DNA of 64,000 nucleotides from Eubacteriales bacterium (GTDB lineage Bacteria; Bacillota; Clostridia; Oscillospirales; CAG-382): NCBI GenBank assembly GCA_045644305.1, contig JAZRGS010000075.1, positions 465 to 64,464 of the forward strand, read 5' to 3'. Shown piece by piece: positions 63,201 to 64,000 of this stretch (position 1 is its first letter; each line of letters starts with the position of its first letter). The notes under the pieces were generated by a model. It saw only the letters and a program-made list of their open reading frames with translations, ran no database searches and was not told where the DNA came from. The position numbers and the translations under genes were made by a program.

Positions 63201-63890
63201 GCCCGAGCCCTTCATCATAAATGCGTTGATTTCCTTAATGGTAGCGTAAGCGTTTCTTCTCTGAGAATCGCGTTCTACCGAAGAGTCGATAACGCTGTCG
63301 AGAGTTTCGGGGAGAAGAATGAGCGAACGAACGATAAGGCTGGTGTTGGGATATTTGTTCTGAACGTGGTCACGAACGAACATTGCCAAAGGAAGAGCAA
63401 TACCCGAACCGGTACCACCCGAAGAGGTGGAAACGATAACGATACGCAACGCCTGCTTCAATTCTCTGCCGTCCTTGCGGAAGAGGTCGTCGATAGCGTC
63501 GTAAAGGGGCTTGATCTTGCCCGTCTTAATAGTAGAGTTAAGTGCAAGACGCGAAATAGCGCGAACCTGACCTGCGCCCTCGGAAACGGTCTTATCGTAA
63601 ATAACCGCATTCTTGGGAAACCAGTTCTTCAATGCGTCTTCGTCGTAAGAGAGATAGTCGCCGACGGTCTGGGTATTAGAGGTCTGAACGTAGTAAATCT
63701 TCGCTTTACTCTTAGCGATGCCGGAAAGGTCGTTTACGTTGGTGTCCAAGCAGACGAAACTGATGTTTTGAGTTTCGCCGGGACGGCACATTTCTGCGAC
63801 GCGCTTGATGATGTCGCAACCGGTACCGCCGACACCGATAAACAGTGTAGGTGCTTCAACTTGGTTGTTTTTAACGTTTTCTTTTGCCAT
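60291..63890 (-). CDS. FtsZ/tubulin-superfamily (Tubulin_2-like) protein with ~850-aa C-terminal extension (gene A)
   Basis: 1199 aa with a GGAGA RBS. Motifs: T1 loop GVGGTGCD (aa 19-26, nt 63813-63836), T3-like EGAGQ (aa 104-108), and tubulin signature SGGTGSG (aa 157-163, nt 63402-63422). The remainder is K/E-rich, probably helical, and unassigned. Confidence 0.75.
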   Translation of the reverse strand: MAKENVKNNQVEAPTLFIGVGGTGCDIIKRVAEMCRPGETQNISFVCLDTNVNDLSGIAKSKAKIYYVQTSNTQTVGDYLSYDEDALKNWFPKNAVIYDKTVSEGAGQVRAISRLALNSTIKTGKIKPLYDAIDDLFRKDGRELKQALRIVIVSTSSGGTGSGIALPLAMFVRDHVQNKYPNTSLIVRSLILLPETLDSVIDSSVERDSQRRNAYATIKEINAFMMKGSGFLDVESDLKRYGNLHIDFPIPGTEDKKSLGILPFGFCFLMDGQDAEDTTLVSIEQYKKQAAQALYEQNIGPMQKNAFSVEDNIIKEMSNPGNYGRNRFGAIGAATIRYPYEDIADYVAYDWAIESIGGEGEAAKWSRYDKAFYVLQQEARKKGLSLADLPKLPEVYVEKLDSSKDNFSKDLRDKYLNGAKSRINAYIAALEAEVLKELRNNNEVRNAMTGANLLRNKIDYRSNPDKCGNASGDLGKLRNYERIMGEKAYKIAEGVAEAIFRNETKTINAKEQDKHTLEALMKNTYGEVCHPNAMRYILYSLQTAFDKKLNETSAIRDSAKKALDIFSSKQDNPEKFDAKYTKEQEGNLDALCEVALAEPSFKEKMKGAWQVYDQLNDYFPKYYAGITKYGEAEAKLATYRIGYDYVKDLCEAFERFYATFKEKVEALTKKKDDLVDILSFRKGDSVFNVCASKDLLDEASLSTKSQSKEGTLLDSEANAEIFDAMKQNVEFEREMAALDVVEEDKRIDIFDDVLVGYFKKDVRRKCASLDVNIIEAIALEKRLSARRKTREENEMMNGIEGKTEKVFDKLSNEDYERHIKEVIAMGARLAAPSVQRMRNVESREIALVAYNRALTEMRTYRVKDLMPKGNAVDSISKYELRFFNALYNLTPDKLNKFAAPQITETTKRKGGLYYNAYVSYARDIGPDTTKGAKISTHIDKRWDNISRMPELDFGHQEREMLRIHQAMIYGLIYKALRRCKLSLVADDRMVYKYQNSDEQYVTLSVSNNTPCDEFYELVDSMYISPFIVSDIDVIKAKKNYKDRMHHACYEETEFKKSLDSFLICESRVDDDCKENDIPAGEVSSLFEIPVYYYASLPNNKRFNGEISAIVDAVIKTFEDELLMWEDKDDVKFVLCKILEQQYNLLMEKYDKYPKLRGGFEKKDNPVLEIILRKIRQVIEATPEPSDYVSMINKMKEKLG

Positions 63891-64000
63891 GTTGTTCTCC
63901 GTTCTGCCGTATTTCGCGGCGTGTTATATATTTTTATTTTTTATTTCTCTGTGCATACCTTGCAGTCGAAGGTGACCGAAGGTCCGTTTTGAGGGCTCTT

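Noticed and set aside
60105-63992. 1295-aa plus-strand ORF
   Set aside because: This is an antisense shadow of the tubulin-like gene. Its translation is low-complexity V/F/L/C-rich with no motifs, RBS or signal. The minus-strand frame carries the GGTGSG signature and a proper RBS.
1-64000. Mobile elements, prophage, genomic-island boundaries, tRNA/rRNA genes
   Set aside because: I found no integrase, transposase, recombinase or phage structural genes, no flanking direct repeats, and no tRNA-like sequence in any intergenic gap. The unusual operon has native-looking codon usage.

Overview
This is a dense chromosomal segment of about 50% GC. It is most consistent with a cellulosome-bearing Clostridia genome (Ruminococcus/Oscillospiraceae-like), because it carries dockerin and cohesin modules, SLH-like repeats, a yggS-sepF-yggT-divIVA-ileS block, and rqcH. 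I support about 50 protein genes.

Plus-strand blocks:
- A dockerin protein, ldhA, and a BlaI/BlaR1-type pair.
- An LCP protein.
- A T-box-like leader followed by an HTH-cupin-acyl-CoA-synthetase fusion.
- A BMP-family ABC transporter.
- metY, a ferredoxin, a methyltransferase, and a 1821-aa S8 protease that carries both dockerin and cohesin.

Minus-strand blocks:
- mnmA.
- An MBL / DUF4091 / nitroreductase / GHL10 operon.
- A long housekeeping run (rlmH, tcdA, rqcH, nif3, split transketolase, rluD, lspA, ileS, divIVA, yggT, sepF, yggS, miaA, ftsK, uppP).

I saw no rRNA, tRNA, CRISPR array, transposase, integrase or phage genes.

The most unusual content is a three-gene minus-strand operon at 53494-63890 encoding 3447 aa. 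It comprises a 1199-aa FtsZ/tubulin-superfamily protein, a 669-aa two-TM protein with no recognisable domain, and a 1579-aa polytopic membrane protein. The last ends in a charged disordered linker, a zinc ribbon and a DA1-like HExxH metallopeptidase module. I cannot match this combination to any characterised system.

Other points worth a second look are the T-box-like attenuator in front of the regulator-enzyme fusion, a 60-62-bp intergenic tandem repeat, and an 18-bp coding tandem repeat.

All calls come from reading the sequence and ORF translations by eye. No database search was run.
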